A stretch of DNA of 64,000 nucleotides from an uncultured Candidatus Saccharibacteria bacterium (GCA_964648765.1 CAZYLF010000001.1:229797-293796); one strand, 5' to 3'; shown: positions 34,180-44,752, counted from the first letter of the stretch. Program-made: numbers and translations. The notes: generated by a model from the sequence alone, not told the origin.

Positions 34180-35135
34180 CTATTCAATAAGAATTCTATA
34201 AACACAAAAACCATCCATAAGGAGACCAGGAGTTCCGCTTCACTCTTGGTAAGAGATCGGCCGGAGCGCATGAAGCGAAGGAGAAAGAAAGCGGAAATAA
34301 CCATCAAGAGGCCAGTGAAGTAGACAATGCGCTTGGGGAAGTCGAAGGGGTGAACGACCGAAATAATACCCACCACAAGTGTGGCGTCGGCAAGTACGGT
34401 GCCGAGGATGTCGCCGATGGCGAGAGAGTCGTCTCCTTTTTTAATAGATTTGAGAGAAAAAATTAATTCTGGCATTGTGGTGCCTAAGCCTACCACGAGC
34501 ATGCCGATCAAGATTGGACTCACGCCCCAAGCAAACGCGAGGGCTGAAGCAGAAGTGACGGTGAAGTGCGAGCCAACTAAAAGAATAACCATACTGCAGA
34601 GGAGAAGACCGAAATTTTTTAGTTTATGATTTTTAACTGGCGCTAATTCTTCTCCATTCCCGCCATTTTTAAACGCCATGTAATAAAATATTCCACCCAC
34701 CACCATGAGCGCGAGACCTTCAAGACGTGAGTAGTGACCGTCGAAGCCGAGGATGAGAGGAAAGATTAATATAAGCGGATAAGTGGCGTGATTTTTTATA
34801 ATCTTACTTTCCACCTTAATACTCCGGCGACTTAAATAAATTATTAAAGCGAAGACGAGTGTGAGATCGGCGATGTTGGAACCGAAGAGTACGCTCAAGC
34901 CGAATTCTGGCACACCGCGGAGAGCGGCTGTAACGGAGATGAAAGTTTCTGGCAAAATGGAAATGAGCGCCACCACCATAAATCCCACCACATAAGAGGA
35001 GAGTCGATAACTTTGAGCCAGTGCCGAAGCGTAGCGCGTGGCCAACGTGGCGCCTTTAATCAGTAAAAATATTGCCACAACGAAGATGAAAATTTGATTA
35101 ACCATACCCACAAATGTTAGCAAAACATAGATCAA
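34176..35135 (-). CDS. Ca2+/cation antiporter (CaCA family)
   Basis: Two alpha-repeats GSNIADL and GTTMPELIFS sit within about 10 TM helices. Confidence 0.8.
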   Translation of the reverse strand: MIYVLLTFVGMVNQIFIFVVAIFLLIKGATLATRYASALAQSYRLSSYVVGFMVVALISILPETFISVTAALRGVPEFGLSVLFGSNIADLTLVFALIIYLSRRSIKVESKIIKNHATYPLILIFPLILGFDGHYSRLEGLALMVVGGIFYYMAFKNGGNGEELAPVKNHKLKNFGLLLCSMVILLVGSHFTVTSASALAFAWGVSPILIGMLVVGLGTTMPELIFSLKSIKKGDDSLAIGDILGTVLADATLVVGIISVVHPFDFPKRIVYFTGLLMVISAFFLLRFMRSGRSLTKSEAELLVSLWMVFVFIEFLLNS

Positions 35136-35174
35136 ACTGCTACAATTTAGGCATTAGAAGTTTTTAAAAATAAT

Positions 35175-35588
35175 ATGCATAAAATAAATAAGTGGGTGGA
35201 GAATTTAGATAATCCAGACTTTGGTAAATTGGCAATTCGTGTCGCGCTCGGTGTGGTGTTTATTGTTGCTGGTTGGTTAAAGGTTAATAATCTCGAGATG
35301 GTTATTGGCGGTTTTGCCACTAGTGGTTTACCAGTGTGGACGGCCTACTTTGTATCTTATGCGGAATTAATTTGTGGAATCTTAATGATCCTCGGTCTTT
35401 GGGTGCGTCATGCAGGTATTGTGATCGCCGTCATTATGGCGGTGGCGATTTATAAAGCTCACTGGGCCAATGGTTTTGCTTTGGCAAATGGTGGTTATGA
35501 GTACACCTTAGTTTTACTCTTGGTTGCACTTGGAGTGGTAACTCTCGGCGCCGGCAAACACACCATTGCAAAATTGATGAAGAAGTAA
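35175..35588 (+). CDS. DoxX family membrane protein
   Basis: 137 aa with four TM helices in a DoxX-like arrangement. Confidence 0.65.
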   Translation: MHKINKWVENLDNPDFGKLAIRVALGVVFIVAGWLKVNNLEMVIGGFATSGLPVWTAYFVSYAELICGILMILGLWVRHAGIVIAVIMAVAIYKAHWANGFALANGGYEYTLVLLLVALGVVTLGAGKHTIAKLMKK

Positions 35589-35616
35589 GAAAAGAATTTA
35601 AAATTTAAACAAACAA

Positions 35617-35652
35617 AAAGCCCCGTACCACAGAAAGCACGGGGCTTTTTGC
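35617..35652. terminator. Bidirectional intrinsic terminator
   Basis: Stem AGCCCCGT/ACGGGGCT is followed by TTTTT. An A-run on the opposite side sits between the convergent genes. Confidence 0.65.
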
Positions 35653-35672
35653 AATACGGGGCGAGGGATTAA

Positions 35673-36176
35673 CTAACAAATCACTTCGTACTCTCGTCGG
35701 AAAAATTCAAAAAGTTCCCGAGTTGCATGTTGTGTGAGTTCAGGCAAAGGAGCCTCACTCTTAGGCGCACTTCGACCCCATGGCTTACCCGTGAGCATTA
35801 GCGACATCACTGGGATATTTAGTGGTCGAACATAATGCCAGCCATCTTGGTCGGTCATTTCGTACACCGTTTTTGCGGGTAACTCAATTCTTAAGGAAAC
35901 TGGCGGCGCTTTCTCTCCCGCGCTGACACCATATCCCATCTCATAGCTACCCTCTAATACACGCATGATTGAGGGCCAGGGGTGCGGATGGAAAAGAGCC
36001 TCTTCTCTATTGCACGGCAATATCCGATGGAGGTAGACGCGGTAATCTCCCCAGGGGCACCAGAGCCTTTCGACGACGGGTGGGTGATAATTCACCAACA
36101 CCCCATTCCACATTGATGGGATCCTCAACAGGTGGGGCAATTCATCCTGCTCTAATCTTTCAAGTACCTCGCGCAT
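35673..36176 (-). CDS. Hypothetical protein (possible cupin-like), GC-richer than neighbours
   Basis: A 167-aa ORF containing HPHPW and a His/Cys cluster. I cannot assign a family. Confidence 0.4.
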   Translation of the reverse strand: MREVLERLEQDELPHLLRIPSMWNGVLVNYHPPVVERLWCPWGDYRVYLHRILPCNREEALFHPHPWPSIMRVLEGSYEMGYGVSAGEKAPPVSLRIELPAKTVYEMTDQDGWHYVRPLNIPVMSLMLTGKPWGRSAPKSEAPLPELTQHATRELFEFFRREYEVIC

Positions 36177-36317
36177 TTGTTTTCCTTTCTGTTTGGGGAA
36201 CTAGATTAACTTCTACCTATTTACTACTATATTTATGTATTTTTTACAATACTCTAAATTATGGCTTTTGACATGAGAGTGTTGCGTAGGATAAGGTAAT
36301 AAAGTCTATTACATAAA

Positions 36318-36644
36318 ATGAAATCCCTTAAGTTCACCAACGATTTAGCTGAAAAAATTTTGGCGGGGGAGAAGGATTCAACCTGGCGGCTTTTTGATGA
36401 CAAAAATTTAACGGTTGGAGATGAATTAGCGCTTGTAAATCGCGACACCGGGCAAGAGTTTGCTAAGGCGACGATCATTTCAATTAAAGAAAAGAAGATG
36501 GGGGAGATTAAAGAATCAGATTTTTCCGGTCATGAGAAATATAAAAGTGAAGAAGAAATGTATCAATTTTACAAAAGTTATTACGGCGACAAAGTGACCC
36601 CCGAAAGTGTGGTGAAGATTGTTAGGTTTAAACTTAATAAATAA
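36318..36644 (+). CDS. ASCH domain protein
   Basis: It begins with K at positions 2-3 then S, then TWRLFDDK...GDELALV, which is the ASCH GxKxxExR-like beta-barrel start. Confidence 0.55.
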   Translation: MKSLKFTNDLAEKILAGEKDSTWRLFDDKNLTVGDELALVNRDTGQEFAKATIISIKEKKMGEIKESDFSGHEKYKSEEEMYQFYKSYYGDKVTPESVVKIVRFKLNK

Positions 36645-37110
36645 TAAAGTGACAGAAGTTACCCTTAAACCAGCCACAGAGAAAGATATTGACCTTTTTC
36701 TGGAGATAGAGAGAAGTGTTGATAATTCTAGAACTTTTTCGGCCACCACAACGAGAGAGGAGGCAGAGGAAGAATTCAAAGCAAATAAAATCTTTTTTAT
36801 TGAAAATAAGGGAGAAGTTGTCGGCCTCATTTCTTACGAACCTAAAAACCAAGACTTGGCATATTTAAGTGATTTTATTGTTTTGCCAAAACTGCAAGGA
36901 CGGGGGATTGGAAGAGAAGCGCTGAGACAAATACTTGATGAATTAAAATGGGCAAAAAGAATATATTTTGTGACTCATCCGGATAATGTTCGAGGTTTAG
37001 CTTTATACAAATCCTTCGGTTTTCAAGTTGAAGAACGAAAAGAAAATTATTTTGGTGATGGCGAACCCAGATTAGTGATGGCAAGAATTAATAGCCATGC
37101 TACAATTTAG
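36619..37110 (+). CDS. GNAT family N-acetyltransferase
   Basis: The acetyl-CoA binding motif is LQGRGIGREALRQIL. Confidence 0.75.
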   Translation: MLGLNLINNKVTEVTLKPATEKDIDLFLEIERSVDNSRTFSATTTREEAEEEFKANKIFFIENKGEVVGLISYEPKNQDLAYLSDFIVLPKLQGRGIGREALRQILDELKWAKRIYFVTHPDNVRGLALYKSFGFQVEERKENYFGDGEPRLVMARINSHATI

Positions 37111-37226
37111 GTAAATAAATTTATGGGAAAAGGAAATTTTAGAGAGAGAAAAGAAAAGAAGAAACCTAAGAAGGTTGTCGCGAAATAATTGCTAATCGCC
37201 CTTGACTTAGGTATCCTTTAATACCT

Positions 37227-38684
37227 ATGGCTAAAGGCGAGATCGTGGTTAGGTTCGAGGAAGTTTTCTTCGGCTATAAACATTCTAAACCCCTCTTGGA
37301 GGAGGTGAGCTTTTCTGTGCGCCGTGGCACCAAGTCGACCATTATGGGTCAAAATGGCGCTGGCAAAAGCACGATTTTTAGTTTGATTACTGGCGCTGCT
37401 AACCCCGCCGTTGGCGGGGCGAGGCCCGAGAGTGGGAGGGTGATTGTGGGCAATGACGTCTCAATTGCCATCTCGCGGCAGGTGATCCCGCGCGCCGATC
37501 TCGAGCTCTCGGTGCGAGAGTTCTTCCTCAAATGTTTTGCGCATAAAGTTTATGATATCGATCCGAAGATTGAAGAAGTTTTGGAGGTCGTCAATTTGCA
37601 CGCGCCGCTTGAGCGACTTATTAAAACTTTTTCTGGTGGTCAGCAGGCGCGTTTACTTTTAGCCTCCGCGCTTATCCAAGATCCTGACCTTCTCCTTCTC
37701 GACGAGCCCACAAATAATCTAGACAAAGCGGGGATTGAGCATCTCACTAAATTTTTGGTGGATTATAAAAAGACTTGTTTGGTGATCTCCCACGATGCCG
37801 ACTTCTTAAACGCCTTCACCGACGGTGTGCTTTATTTAGATATTTTTACGCGCAAAGTTGAGTCTTATGTGGGTAACTATTTTGATGTGGTGGAACAAAT
37901 TAAAATTAGGGTAGAGAAGGAGAATAGTAAAAACGCGCAATTGGCTAAAGAAATTCAGGCCAAAAAAGATAAGGCCAACTTTTTTGCTCACAAGGGTGGC
38001 AAAATGCGTTTGGTGGCTAAGCGCATGCGCGAAACAGCCGAGGAGCTCGAGGAGGAGAAGGTGGATATTAGGCGTGAAGATAAAACCATTCATACCTTCA
38101 CCATTCCTTTACAACCAGATCTTGTCGGTGAGATTTTAAAAATTCCGAAACATAACATTTCACTTAAACGTAATCGCCATTTACTTTTGGCCGGGCCAAA
38201 CGGCATCGGCAAAAGCACAATGCTTGAGGCGATTGTTAAAGGCTTGCCCGACCACAAAGGTGGGCGGGTGGCTGAGATTTCTCCCGGCGTGCGTGTGGGT
38301 TATTATCGCCAGGACTTCTCTAATTTAAATTTTGAAGACACGGTGCATAAAACTTTATTTTCGGCGATGGCGCGACCAGTGGAGGAGGAGATGCGTAAAG
38401 TGGCGGCCGGCTTTCTTATTACTTCAGAATTAATCCACGCCACGATCGGTAGCCTCTCGGAGGGGCAAAAGGGTTTGGTGGCCTTTGCCCGCCTCGTACT
38501 CGAGCGCCCAGGCTTACTTTTACTCGACGAGCCTACTAACCACATCAACTTTCGCCATTTGCCGATCATTGCTGAAGCGCTCAATAAATATGACGGCGCG
38601 ATGATCCTCGTCTCCCACGTCCCCGAATTCGTCTCCAAAATCCGCATCGACGAAATTTTAGATTTAGGAAAAGCTAAAAAATAA
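37227..38684 (+). CDS. ABC-F family ATPase (tandem ABC domains, no TMD)
   Basis: There are two Walker A motifs (GQNGAGKST, GPNGIGKST) and two signature motifs (FSGGQQARL, LSEGQKGLV), with a charged linker between the domains. Confidence 0.85.
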   Translation: MAKGEIVVRFEEVFFGYKHSKPLLEEVSFSVRRGTKSTIMGQNGAGKSTIFSLITGAANPAVGGARPESGRVIVGNDVSIAISRQVIPRADLELSVREFFLKCFAHKVYDIDPKIEEVLEVVNLHAPLERLIKTFSGGQQARLLLASALIQDPDLLLLDEPTNNLDKAGIEHLTKFLVDYKKTCLVISHDADFLNAFTDGVLYLDIFTRKVESYVGNYFDVVEQIKIRVEKENSKNAQLAKEIQAKKDKANFFAHKGGKMRLVAKRMRETAEELEEEKVDIRREDKTIHTFTIPLQPDLVGEILKIPKHNISLKRNRHLLLAGPNGIGKSTMLEAIVKGLPDHKGGRVAEISPGVRVGYYRQDFSNLNFEDTVHKTLFSAMARPVEEEMRKVAAGFLITSELIHATIGSLSEGQKGLVAFARLVLERPGLLLLDEPTNHINFRHLPIIAEALNKYDGAMILVSHVPEFVSKIRIDEILDLGKAKK

Positions 38685-38766
38685 TTTAGGTAAAAGGAAA
38701 TGGCGTATCCATAAGGATACGCCATGCCTAACTTTTTGTTGAGCGGTGTTAACTAACCGCTTAAGA

Positions 38767-39261
38767 TCAAGATTGACAATCGGCCGGATCATTTACAACT
38801 TTGTGGGCAGAGACCCATGTCTTCTCCTTTGTCGGACTGAGTTCCTCAATCACAATCTGATTACCTGGAGGTTTGGATTCGTCAAATCTTATTATCTTTG
38901 ACGGTCCGGAGATTGTGTAGATTCTAACCTCGTCTCCAACAGCCATGTGGTTGGCGGTATCATGATAAGCTCGATGTTCACCACTCTCCGTCTCCACAGT
39001 TATCGTCCCAAATTTGGGATTACTGCTGTCGATAATTTCCACAACCGTGGCGATCTCCCCACTGTACACCTTCTCAACCGGAAGACGATTTGTGCTGATG
39101 ATTAAATAAACTAGCAACGACAGCCCACAAAACACCAAAAAGCCTATAGCTGTATCGATCGGTGTAATTCCGCGTCTACGATTCAACATGTACCTATCCC
39201 TTGTTCTTGTGATAATCTGGCCAGCGGACACCCGCTGTAACCAGAGCAATTCACCATTCAT
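38767..39261 (-). CDS. Hypothetical membrane-anchored protein
   Basis: One TM helix. Confidence 0.4.
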   Translation of the reverse strand: MNGELLWLQRVSAGQIITRTRDRYMLNRRRGITPIDTAIGFLVFCGLSLLVYLIISTNRLPVEKVYSGEIATVVEIIDSSNPKFGTITVETESGEHRAYHDTANHMAVGDEVRIYTISGPSKIIRFDESKPPGNQIVIEELSPTKEKTWVSAHKVVNDPADCQS

Positions 39262-39265
39262 AGGC

Positions 39266-39592
39266 CTAATTGCCTTCTGTCACTGCCAACACAAAGGAAA
39301 CTTGGTCGACTAACGCCTTTTTCGATATGAACACTGGGGTGAATCCATGTTTGGGACTGCCGTCGTCGTTGTAGGAATTCTTTCCACGGCGCCTGCTTTC
39401 CCATCCGATATTCTCCCACTCGGCTTCCGACCCGACATCGCACAGATGAACTTCCCCCTCCACCATTTCTGGATGGGTCAGTTTGATCCCTAACTTACTC
39501 GCTATTGATCCGGTCATTTTTTCTATCTCCGCTTGCAAGGTCCAGAGGCTTGATGGAACCCCCATCAACGCCGTGTTTTCAACTTCCACCAT
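39266..39592 (-). CDS. Hypothetical protein
   Basis: A 108-aa ORF located 5 nt upstream of the previous gene. Confidence 0.35.
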   Translation of the reverse strand: MVEVENTALMGVPSSLWTLQAEIEKMTGSIASKLGIKLTHPEMVEGEVHLCDVGSEAEWENIGWESRRRGKNSYNDDGSPKHGFTPVFISKKALVDQVSFVLAVTEGN

Positions 39593-39671
39593 ACTAGCAT
39601 AAAAGATAGGTGTTTGTCAAGTCCAAAAAATCATTGTTTTTGGGCGTATTTTAGGGCATTATGAGAGACAT

Positions 39672-40646
39672 ATGGCATTCACTGACGAATTAACGATTCA
39701 TATTAAAGCCGGCAAGGGCGGCGACGGCGTGCTACGTTGGCTGCATGAAAAGGGTAAAGACCTAGCCGGACCGGCTGGCGGCAACGGTGGTCGCGGTGCT
39801 GATGTGTACGCACTTGCTCGCCGTGACACGCATCTTCTTGCGCGTTATAAAGCGGAGAAGGAATTCCGCGGACAAAACGGCGGCGACGGTGGGAGCAAAA
39901 GTAAACACGGGGCCAATGGTGACGACTACAATATTGAATTCCCTGTCGGTTCAATTATTACTAACTTGCGCACAGGTGAGAAAATTAATTTATTGAAGGA
40001 TGGCGAGCGCGTACTCTTGCTTAAAGGTGGTGACGGCGGACGGGGCAATGAATCTTACAAAAGTTCGGTGAATCGTTCACCTACAAAAACCACTAAAGGT
40101 AAAGTGGGTGAAGAGGCTGATTTTTATATTGAAGTAGAGTTGATCGCCGATATTGGCTTAATTGGTTTACCAAACGCCGGCAAAACTAGTTTGCTTAACG
40201 AGCTCACTCGGAGCCAAGGCAAAGTTGGCGCTTACCCCTTCACCACTCTTGAGCCCGCACTTGGCGACATGTACGGCTACATCATCGCCGACATCCCCGG
40301 GCTGATTGAAGGCGCGGCCGAAGGCAAAGGTTTGGGTCATAAATTCCTCCGTCATATTCGCCGGACTAAAGTTCTCGCGCATTTACTCTCGCTTGAGAAT
40401 GAAGATATCGTGGCCGCTTATAAGACTATCCGCGCCGAGCTTGAGCGTTACGATAAAACTTTAATGGATAAAAAGGAAATTATAATTCTCACCAAAACGG
40501 ATTTAATAGAAGATCCTAAAAAGCTAAAGAGCTTAATAACTAAAATAAAAAAACTAAATAAAGATATCCTCACCGTGACAGTGTATGATGATGCCAGTAT
40601 CAAAAATTTAACTGACGAGTTGATGAAAGAACTGAAGGATGAATAA
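39672..40646 (+). CDS. obg: GTPase Obg (short form lacking C-terminal extension)
   Basis: The Obg fold Gly-rich repeats are present (GGDGV, GGNGGRGADV, GGDGGSKSKHGANGDD). The GTPase motifs G1 GLPNAGKTS, G3 DIPGL and G4 TKTD are also present. Confidence 0.9.
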   Translation: MAFTDELTIHIKAGKGGDGVLRWLHEKGKDLAGPAGGNGGRGADVYALARRDTHLLARYKAEKEFRGQNGGDGGSKSKHGANGDDYNIEFPVGSIITNLRTGEKINLLKDGERVLLLKGGDGGRGNESYKSSVNRSPTKTTKGKVGEEADFYIEVELIADIGLIGLPNAGKTSLLNELTRSQGKVGAYPFTTLEPALGDMYGYIIADIPGLIEGAAEGKGLGHKFLRHIRRTKVLAHLLSLENEDIVAAYKTIRAELERYDKTLMDKKEIIILTKTDLIEDPKKLKSLITKIKKLNKDILTVTVYDDASIKNLTDELMKELKDE

Positions 40647-40686
40647 AAAAACAGCGCGTTCAATAAATCTTGAACGCGCTGTGACG

Positions 40687-41073
40687 TTAGTTGGCAGTAG
40701 ATAAAGGTTGGCAAGTGTAGATGAATTCTTGTTTTCCAACCCTATCGGTGTTGACCGGCGTCTGATAAACGACGATCATCTTGTTTACTTCCCGATACTC
40801 TGGATTGGCACATTTTACCATTTGATTCTCTTTGGATTTGTCGATCATTTCGACTTGCAGAAAAGTGGAATTACTGTCGTTGGTTACCTCTCTCACCACG
40901 CCGATCCCGTGCACTGTAGATTTGTCGTGGGACTGGAGTTTGATTTTATCGTACTCCGTTCCGTAAATAATACAAAAAATGAAAACAACCATAACCGCCA
41001 GAACAATGGAAATCCCTACCACATGTTCTCCTCTAACCTCAATACCGGCACGTCTCTTTTTTGGTCCCGACAT
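40687..41073 (-). CDS. Membrane-anchored hypothetical protein
   Basis: The start is the internal ATG 41073 before the TM helix. The longer ORF extends to 41238. Confidence 0.4.
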   Translation of the reverse strand: MSGPKKRRAGIEVRGEHVVGISIVLAVMVVFIFCIIYGTEYDKIKLQSHDKSTVHGIGVVREVTNDSNSTFLQVEMIDKSKENQMVKCANPEYREVNKMIVVYQTPVNTDRVGKQEFIYTCQPLSTAN

Positions 41074-41167
41074 CTTTACCTGCCTTTCTTTTTTTGACAA
41101 AATTAACTCTGTTGTTACCCTAACACATATTATTTTTTTTGCAATAAGCCTCAATTTGTGATATTGT

Positions 41168-41758
41168 TTGGCGATGCAAATTAGGTACGTAAATGGCTTT
41201 CTGATCAGGAATACCCTCGATGATGATTTTGGGATCATTCATGAACCAACCCAAGATATTAGTCATTTTGCTACTAAATTTTATATTCCTGAGGGCGAAG
41301 TTTGGATTGACCACTGTTTTAAAGATGAAGAAAAGTTTTTACTCGATTTAGAAAGTTATAAAGTTTCTGGCGAGCCAGCGCCCAATTACGTTATTAAATC
41401 AGAGATGATCGATGGATTAAATGTGAAGGATGTGGACGGCGCTCTGGTGAGGCAGTATCTTGATCCTGAATTTATTTTTGGTGGTCATGATTTGGTTTAC
41501 CCGAGCTATATTCCCGCGGGTGAAATTTGGTTGGATAATAAAATGGATCCGAGCGAGCGCGAATTTATTTTGCTTCATGAGCAGGTGGAGCGTGAGTTGA
41601 TGAGTAAAGGCAAGAGTTATGATGTGGCGCATGAGTTTGCCACCGTGAGCGACAAGGAGCTCCGCCGCGCGCGTGGCGTGGGATGTTACCCAGGAGACGC
41701 TAATTATCCGTGGCGCGATTTAAGTAATGAAGAAATAATTAAAAAATATTATGCCTGA
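41168..41758 (+). CDS. Hypothetical protein with internal duplication (YIPxGE[VI]W[IL]D...F[LI]L)
   Basis: Two homologous ~60-aa halves are visible in the translation. Confidence 0.45.
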   Translation: MAMQIRYVNGFLIRNTLDDDFGIIHEPTQDISHFATKFYIPEGEVWIDHCFKDEEKFLLDLESYKVSGEPAPNYVIKSEMIDGLNVKDVDGALVRQYLDPEFIFGGHDLVYPSYIPAGEIWLDNKMDPSEREFILLHEQVERELMSKGKSYDVAHEFATVSDKELRRARGVGCYPGDANYPWRDLSNEEIIKKYYA

Positions 41759-42254
41759 AAAGAGCGCCAACATTGCGGTTAAAAATTATTTTCAAACTGC
41801 TGGGCTGTGTGGACCGGCGTCGCTCAAAATTCTTTTTTCATACTTTGGCAAAGATTTTACTGAAGCCCAACTTGCTCAATTGGCCAGCGCCACGCAAGAG
41901 AGTGGTACAGAGCATGAAGGGATGATTAAGGCAGTTAAGGAGATTGGGGCTTACCCATTTGTAAAAGAAAACGGCACGATTGAAGAACTCGAGTATTTTA
42001 TTAAGGAGGAAAAGTTGCCCGTGATAATTGGTTGGTTTGATAAAGATGGCGATCACTATAGTGTGGTAGTAAACATTACTGACAAAAATATTATTATTGT
42101 GGACCCAGCCGTTAATGAGCCAGAGCGCTGGCTTGATCGTGAGACTTTTCCGCAGATTTGGTTTGATTTTGTGGGTAAAGACAATCGAACTGTCTCTTGG
42201 GGATGGTATTTGGTCGCAACGTTTGAGAAAAAAGAATTTAAGATTAAAAAATAA
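41751..42254 (+). CDS. Peptidase C39-like (papain-fold) domain protein
   Basis: QTAGLCGPASLKILFSY contains the Cys of a C39-like Q..CG motif. A downstream GDHYSVVV matches the catalytic His region. Confidence 0.5.
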   Translation: MPEKSANIAVKNYFQTAGLCGPASLKILFSYFGKDFTEAQLAQLASATQESGTEHEGMIKAVKEIGAYPFVKENGTIEELEYFIKEEKLPVIIGWFDKDGDHYSVVVNITDKNIIIVDPAVNEPERWLDRETFPQIWFDFVGKDNRTVSWGWYLVATFEKKEFKIKK

Positions 42255-42498
42255 AATTTTATTTTTTAATTTCATAAAACATAAAAAAATTTTTCGCTAG
42301 TAGACGGGCGTGAGTGATTAGTGCAAGCTTACTTAAATTATTAATCAGCCGGTGGGCTTGGTTGTTTATAAAATCAGTGGTGGCCGGTCAAAATTGAACA
42401 CTTTTACCCAAAACCCGCCAGATTGGCTGGTTTTGGGGCTGTGATATAATTCATCAAGTTAGGACCCTGGCAGTATTAACATTAATCAGTAATCTAAT

Positions 42499-43179
42499 AT
42501 GAAAAACAAAAGCAATTTAATTATTTTTATTATCATCATTATCCTCGCCATCTTACTTATTTGGCCAGCAATCAAGGGCCCAAGCGATGATGTGGTGACC
42601 GATAGTGAAGATGTAATGACCGAAGATTCAAGTGATGACGCAATTACAGAAGTGGACGATAAGGGCAGCGATGATGTAATGGTAGAGGTTAAAGATACTA
42701 CAACCTCAAGTGATGTAATGGTTAAGCCAATTACTACAACTCCAAATGGAGACGTAATGGTAAAGCTCACTCCGGTTACTCCAAGCAACTCCATGACCGT
42801 TAACGCTTACTTTACTGCCACGGTGGAAGGTGACACGAGCACTGATTGTTCAGTTGTTTATGCTACCCCCCGCACAATTGCTCGCACTCAAGCTCCTGCT
42901 CGCGCTGCTTTGATGGAACTTTTCAAAGGAGTAACTACCATGGAAGCTTCACAAGGTGTGTCAACAGCTATTGGTTCAGGAGTTAAAATTAATAGTTTGA
43001 TGATTAATAACGGTATTGCCAAGGTTGATTTAAGCAGCGAGCTTGAAGCCAATGTGGCCGGTTCATGCCGAGTTACCGCTATCCGCTCTCAGATTGAGAA
43101 GACTCTTTTGCAATTTCCTACCGTTACGGGCGTCTTAATTTCTGTAGATGGCAAAACCGCAGGGATTTTACAGCCGTAA
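42499..43179 (+). CDS. GerMN-like domain lipoprotein/exported protein
   Basis: A TM is followed by an acidic low-complexity region and a C-terminal ~130-aa domain ending VTGVLISVDGK, which is GerMN-like. Confidence 0.4.
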   Translation: MKNKSNLIIFIIIIILAILLIWPAIKGPSDDVVTDSEDVMTEDSSDDAITEVDDKGSDDVMVEVKDTTTSSDVMVKPITTTPNGDVMVKLTPVTPSNSMTVNAYFTATVEGDTSTDCSVVYATPRTIARTQAPARAALMELFKGVTTMEASQGVSTAIGSGVKINSLMINNGIAKVDLSSELEANVAGSCRVTAIRSQIEKTLLQFPTVTGVLISVDGKTAGILQP

Positions 43180-43227
43180 TTATTAAGAGTCTGTCCAGTC
43201 GGGCAGGGATTAATTAAAATAAATTAA

Positions 43228-44031
43228 ATGAGTGAACGAACAAAAAACTTTTTAGGTTGGGCAATTATCATCGCCGTGCTCGCCGTCGGCTTCTCTTCTG
43301 TTAGCTATGTACGATCGTTTGGCAAAACGATTCGCCCAGACTCTTTCCGTAGCTTTGCGGTAACAGGCGAGGGTAAAGCCGTTGGCATTCCGGATGTAGC
43401 AGAATTTAGCTTTACTGTGCTCACTGAGGGTGGCAAAGATATTGCTGCACTAAGGAAGACAAATGATGAAAAGTCTAATAAGGCAATTGAGTTCTTAAAA
43501 AAAGAGGGAGTAGAGAGTGCTGATATTAAAACAGCTAGTTATAATCTCTCACCTCGTTACCAAAATTCTACTTGTGGTTATTCAGCTGAAGCTGGAAGAC
43601 AAGTTTGCCCTCCACCAGAGATCGTTGGTTACTCAATCTCCAATACTGTAGAAGTAAAGATGAGAAAAGAGATGTTTAATAAAGTGGGCACTGTGCTCTC
43701 GGGCGTAGTTTCTGCCGGAGCCAATACCGTGTCACAACTTAGCTTCACCATGGATGATCCTACTGAGGTGGAGAACGAGGCTCGCGCTATGGCTATCACT
43801 AAAGCTGAGGCTAAGGCCAAAGCCATTGCTAAAGCCGGAGGTTTCTCAGTTGGCCGCTTGCTCGACATTAGCGAGGGAGGATTTACTCCTTACTATCGCG
43901 AGTCACTCTATGATCTAGATTCTAAAGTTATGAATATGGCCGGAGGAGTAGCCGCCAGCCCAGCCCCAACAATTGAACCCGGCTCCCGCGACGTGGTTGT
44001 AAGCGTTACTCTCCGCTACGAGATTGATTAA
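43228..44031 (+). CDS. SIMPL domain (DUF541/YggE-like) protein
   Basis: A TM anchor is followed by a SIMPL-like duplicated alpha/beta layout and an AEAKAKAIAKAGGFSVGRL motif. Confidence 0.6.
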   Translation: MSERTKNFLGWAIIIAVLAVGFSSVSYVRSFGKTIRPDSFRSFAVTGEGKAVGIPDVAEFSFTVLTEGGKDIAALRKTNDEKSNKAIEFLKKEGVESADIKTASYNLSPRYQNSTCGYSAEAGRQVCPPPEIVGYSISNTVEVKMRKEMFNKVGTVLSGVVSAGANTVSQLSFTMDDPTEVENEARAMAITKAEAKAKAIAKAGGFSVGRLLDISEGGFTPYYRESLYDLDSKVMNMAGGVAASPAPTIEPGSRDVVVSVTLRYEID

Positions 44032-44032
44032 A

Positions 44033-44485
44033 TTAAACTAAGAGTTTTTCAGCAATAGACTTAACCATCATACCGTCAGCCTTACCCTTTAAGTCTTTCA
44101 TTAAAGCCGACATCAGCTTGCCTGAGTCGGCTTTTGTGGTGACACCAAGCTCTGCCATTTTGGCTTTCACCGCTTTCTCCACATCTGCCTCGCTCATCAT
44201 TGTTGGCAAATAAACTTCCACAAATTTAAGCTCGGCTTCTTCCACTTCCACAAGGTCGGTGCGGCCAGCTTCGCGGAATTGAGCAATAGAGTCTTTACGT
44301 TGTTTGGCACTGCGCTGAATGACTGCCATTGTGTCTTCGTCGCTCAACCAGTCGGTGGGCATTTTGCCTTTGGATACTAATTCATTGGTGAAGGCGGTTA
44401 CCAATCCGCGCACCACGCCCAACTTGACGCTATTTTTCTCCATCATTGCTTGTTTAATTTCCCCTTTGATTTGTTCGTGTAGCAT
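44033..44485 (-). CDS. GatB/YqeY domain protein
   Basis: The YqeY N-terminal pattern is present (MLHEQIKGEIKQAMMEK...VRGLVTAFTNE). The start is ATG 44485, which has a TTATAAT box about 11 nt upstream. Confidence 0.75.
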   Translation of the reverse strand: MLHEQIKGEIKQAMMEKNSVKLGVVRGLVTAFTNELVSKGKMPTDWLSDEDTMAVIQRSAKQRKDSIAQFREAGRTDLVEVEEAELKFVEVYLPTMMSEADVEKAVKAKMAELGVTTKADSGKLMSALMKDLKGKADGMMVKSIAEKLLV

Positions 44486-44509
44486 AGTGCGAAGATTATA
44501 ACAAAAAAA

Positions 44510-44529
44510 CACCCCAGGCAAAAGGGGTG
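44510..44529 (-). terminator. Hairpin CACCCC-N8-GGGGTG followed by T-run on minus strand
   Basis: It lies between the small ORF 44555-44752 and yqeY. Confidence 0.45.
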
Positions 44530-44554
44530 CTGAACGAGCGGTTCCTCCTGTGCT

Positions 44555-44752
44555 TTAAGGTTTTGGAGCGTCAATTGCCCTTGTTAGTTTCTCCACAAAG
44601 ACTCGGGGATTAACTCTGCCACTGGCGAGTTCTGAGGACTCCAACATCGCCATCATTATTTCTGGAGATAAAATCAAAACCTTTCCACCAAAAAGGGCAG
44701 ATGTGTCGCAGATAACAAGTGGTTCTTGTTTCTGATCATTTCCGTTAACCAT
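44555..44752 (-). CDS. Small hypothetical ORF (65 aa)
   Basis: The only support is a downstream hairpin with a T-run. Confidence 0.25.
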   Translation of the reverse strand: MVNGNDQKQEPLVICDTSALFGGKVLILSPEIMMAMLESSELASGRVNPRVFVEKLTRAIDAPKP